A stretch of 64,000 bases of DNA from a virus. Below the pieces are notes generated by a model. That model was not told the DNA's origin. It did no database searches and saw only the letters and a program-made list of their open reading frames with translations. How positions within the stretch are numbered: position 1 is the first letter of the stretch; every line of letters begins with the position of its first letter. Location of the stretch: positions 26,739 through 90,738 of the IMG/VR virus record IMGVR_UViG_3300045988_110023, one strand, 5' to 3'. A program made the translations under genes and the position numbers. Positions 63,876 to 64,000 of this stretch are shown piece after piece.

Positions 63876-63921
63876 AATTCTCTTGTTTAACTGGTTATAT
63901 TATCGTACTGCCTGAATTTCT

Positions 63922-64000
63922 CCAAGCAGAATTTAGCCAAATGTTTCCAAGCAGAATTTAGCCAAATGTTTCCAAGCAGAATTTAGCCAAATGTTTCCAA
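63922..64000. repeat. 25-bp perfect tandem repeat, at least 3.1 copies, running off the window edge
   Basis: CCAAGCAGAATTTAGCCAAATGTTT at 63922-63946, 63947-63971 and 63972-63996, followed by CCAA. Each unit contains TTAGCCAA, the reverse complement of the TTGGCTAA motif found in the intergenic units. Confidence 0.9.

Noticed and set aside
49352-63921. Integron-like cassette array (small ORFs separated by imperfect hairpins, with a tyrosine recombinase nearby)
   Set aside because: Some junctions do read GCCTAAC ... hairpin ... GTTAAAC on the coding strand (for example about 60456-60502), resembling attC R'' and R' boxes. Most junctions do not fit RYYYAAC/GTTRRRY, and the flanking boxes are direct repeats, not complementary. 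Loops are UUCG or GNRA on the mRNA strand, which points to an RNA-level function. The recombinase is co-oriented and internal to the array, not divergent at an attI end, and shows no obvious IntI-specific features.
63922-64000. CRISPR array
   Set aside because: The 25-bp units are directly abutting with no spacers, so this is a simple tandem repeat.
1-64000. Stop-codon reassignment (TAG or TGA recoding, as in some gut phages)
   Set aside because: With the standard code the window is already densely and coherently tiled by ORFs with tight junctions. Recognisable domains (RtcB, SNF2, integrases, RT, endolysin) are uninterrupted. None of the tRNA-like genes shows a CTA, TCA or TTA anticodon in my folds.

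Overview
The window reads as one gene-dense, temperate tailed-phage or prophage genome fragment from a Bacteroidota-type host. Support for the host: several TTTG / TAnnTTTG promoter-like boxes, no Shine-Dalgarno sequences, and a lipoprotein with an LxxC lipobox. The standard genetic code fits.

Layout:
- 1-15.6 kb (+ strand): late and lysis genes. These are a giant tail fibre of at least 2340 aa with a C-terminal S74-type chaperone domain, an AT-rich 428-aa partner, a holin-like protein, a GH108 endolysin and a candidate unimolecular spanin.
- 15.7-36.7 kb (- strand): early, nucleotide-metabolism and recombination genes. These are a DUF1653-dUTPase fusion, an RtcB RNA ligase, an HNH nuclease, two DUF2829 (Tad2-like) proteins, NinB-like and SSB-like proteins, an SNF2 helicase, a PD-(D/E)XK exonuclease, a RecT-like annealase, a DUF1064-like protein and many small ORFs.
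- 36.9-38.1 kb (- strand): five tRNA-like genes.
- 38.2-42.5 kb: lysogeny module with an excisionase-like HTH protein, a Rha/KilAC antirepressor, a divergent switch region, a cI/XRE-like repressor, a lipoprotein and a tyrosine integrase.
- 42.6-64 kb (- strand): accessory block. It holds membrane proteins, an HTH regulator with an RNA-polymerase alpha-CTD-like domain, an RNase H-like protein, a second tyrosine recombinase and a long array of small genes. Almost every gene in that array is separated from the next by the same unit: AGCC(T/A)AAA, a unique hairpin, then TTAACCAAT...AGAATTATG.

The most unusual locus is a stand-alone reverse transcriptase (57319-58584, -). It is followed directly by a 1.35 kb ORF-free, G+C-richer, stem-loop-dense segment (about 55990-57318). 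This arrangement does not fit group II intron, retron or DGR architecture as far as I can see by eye.

All protein calls come from motif recognition in the supplied translations. No searches were run.
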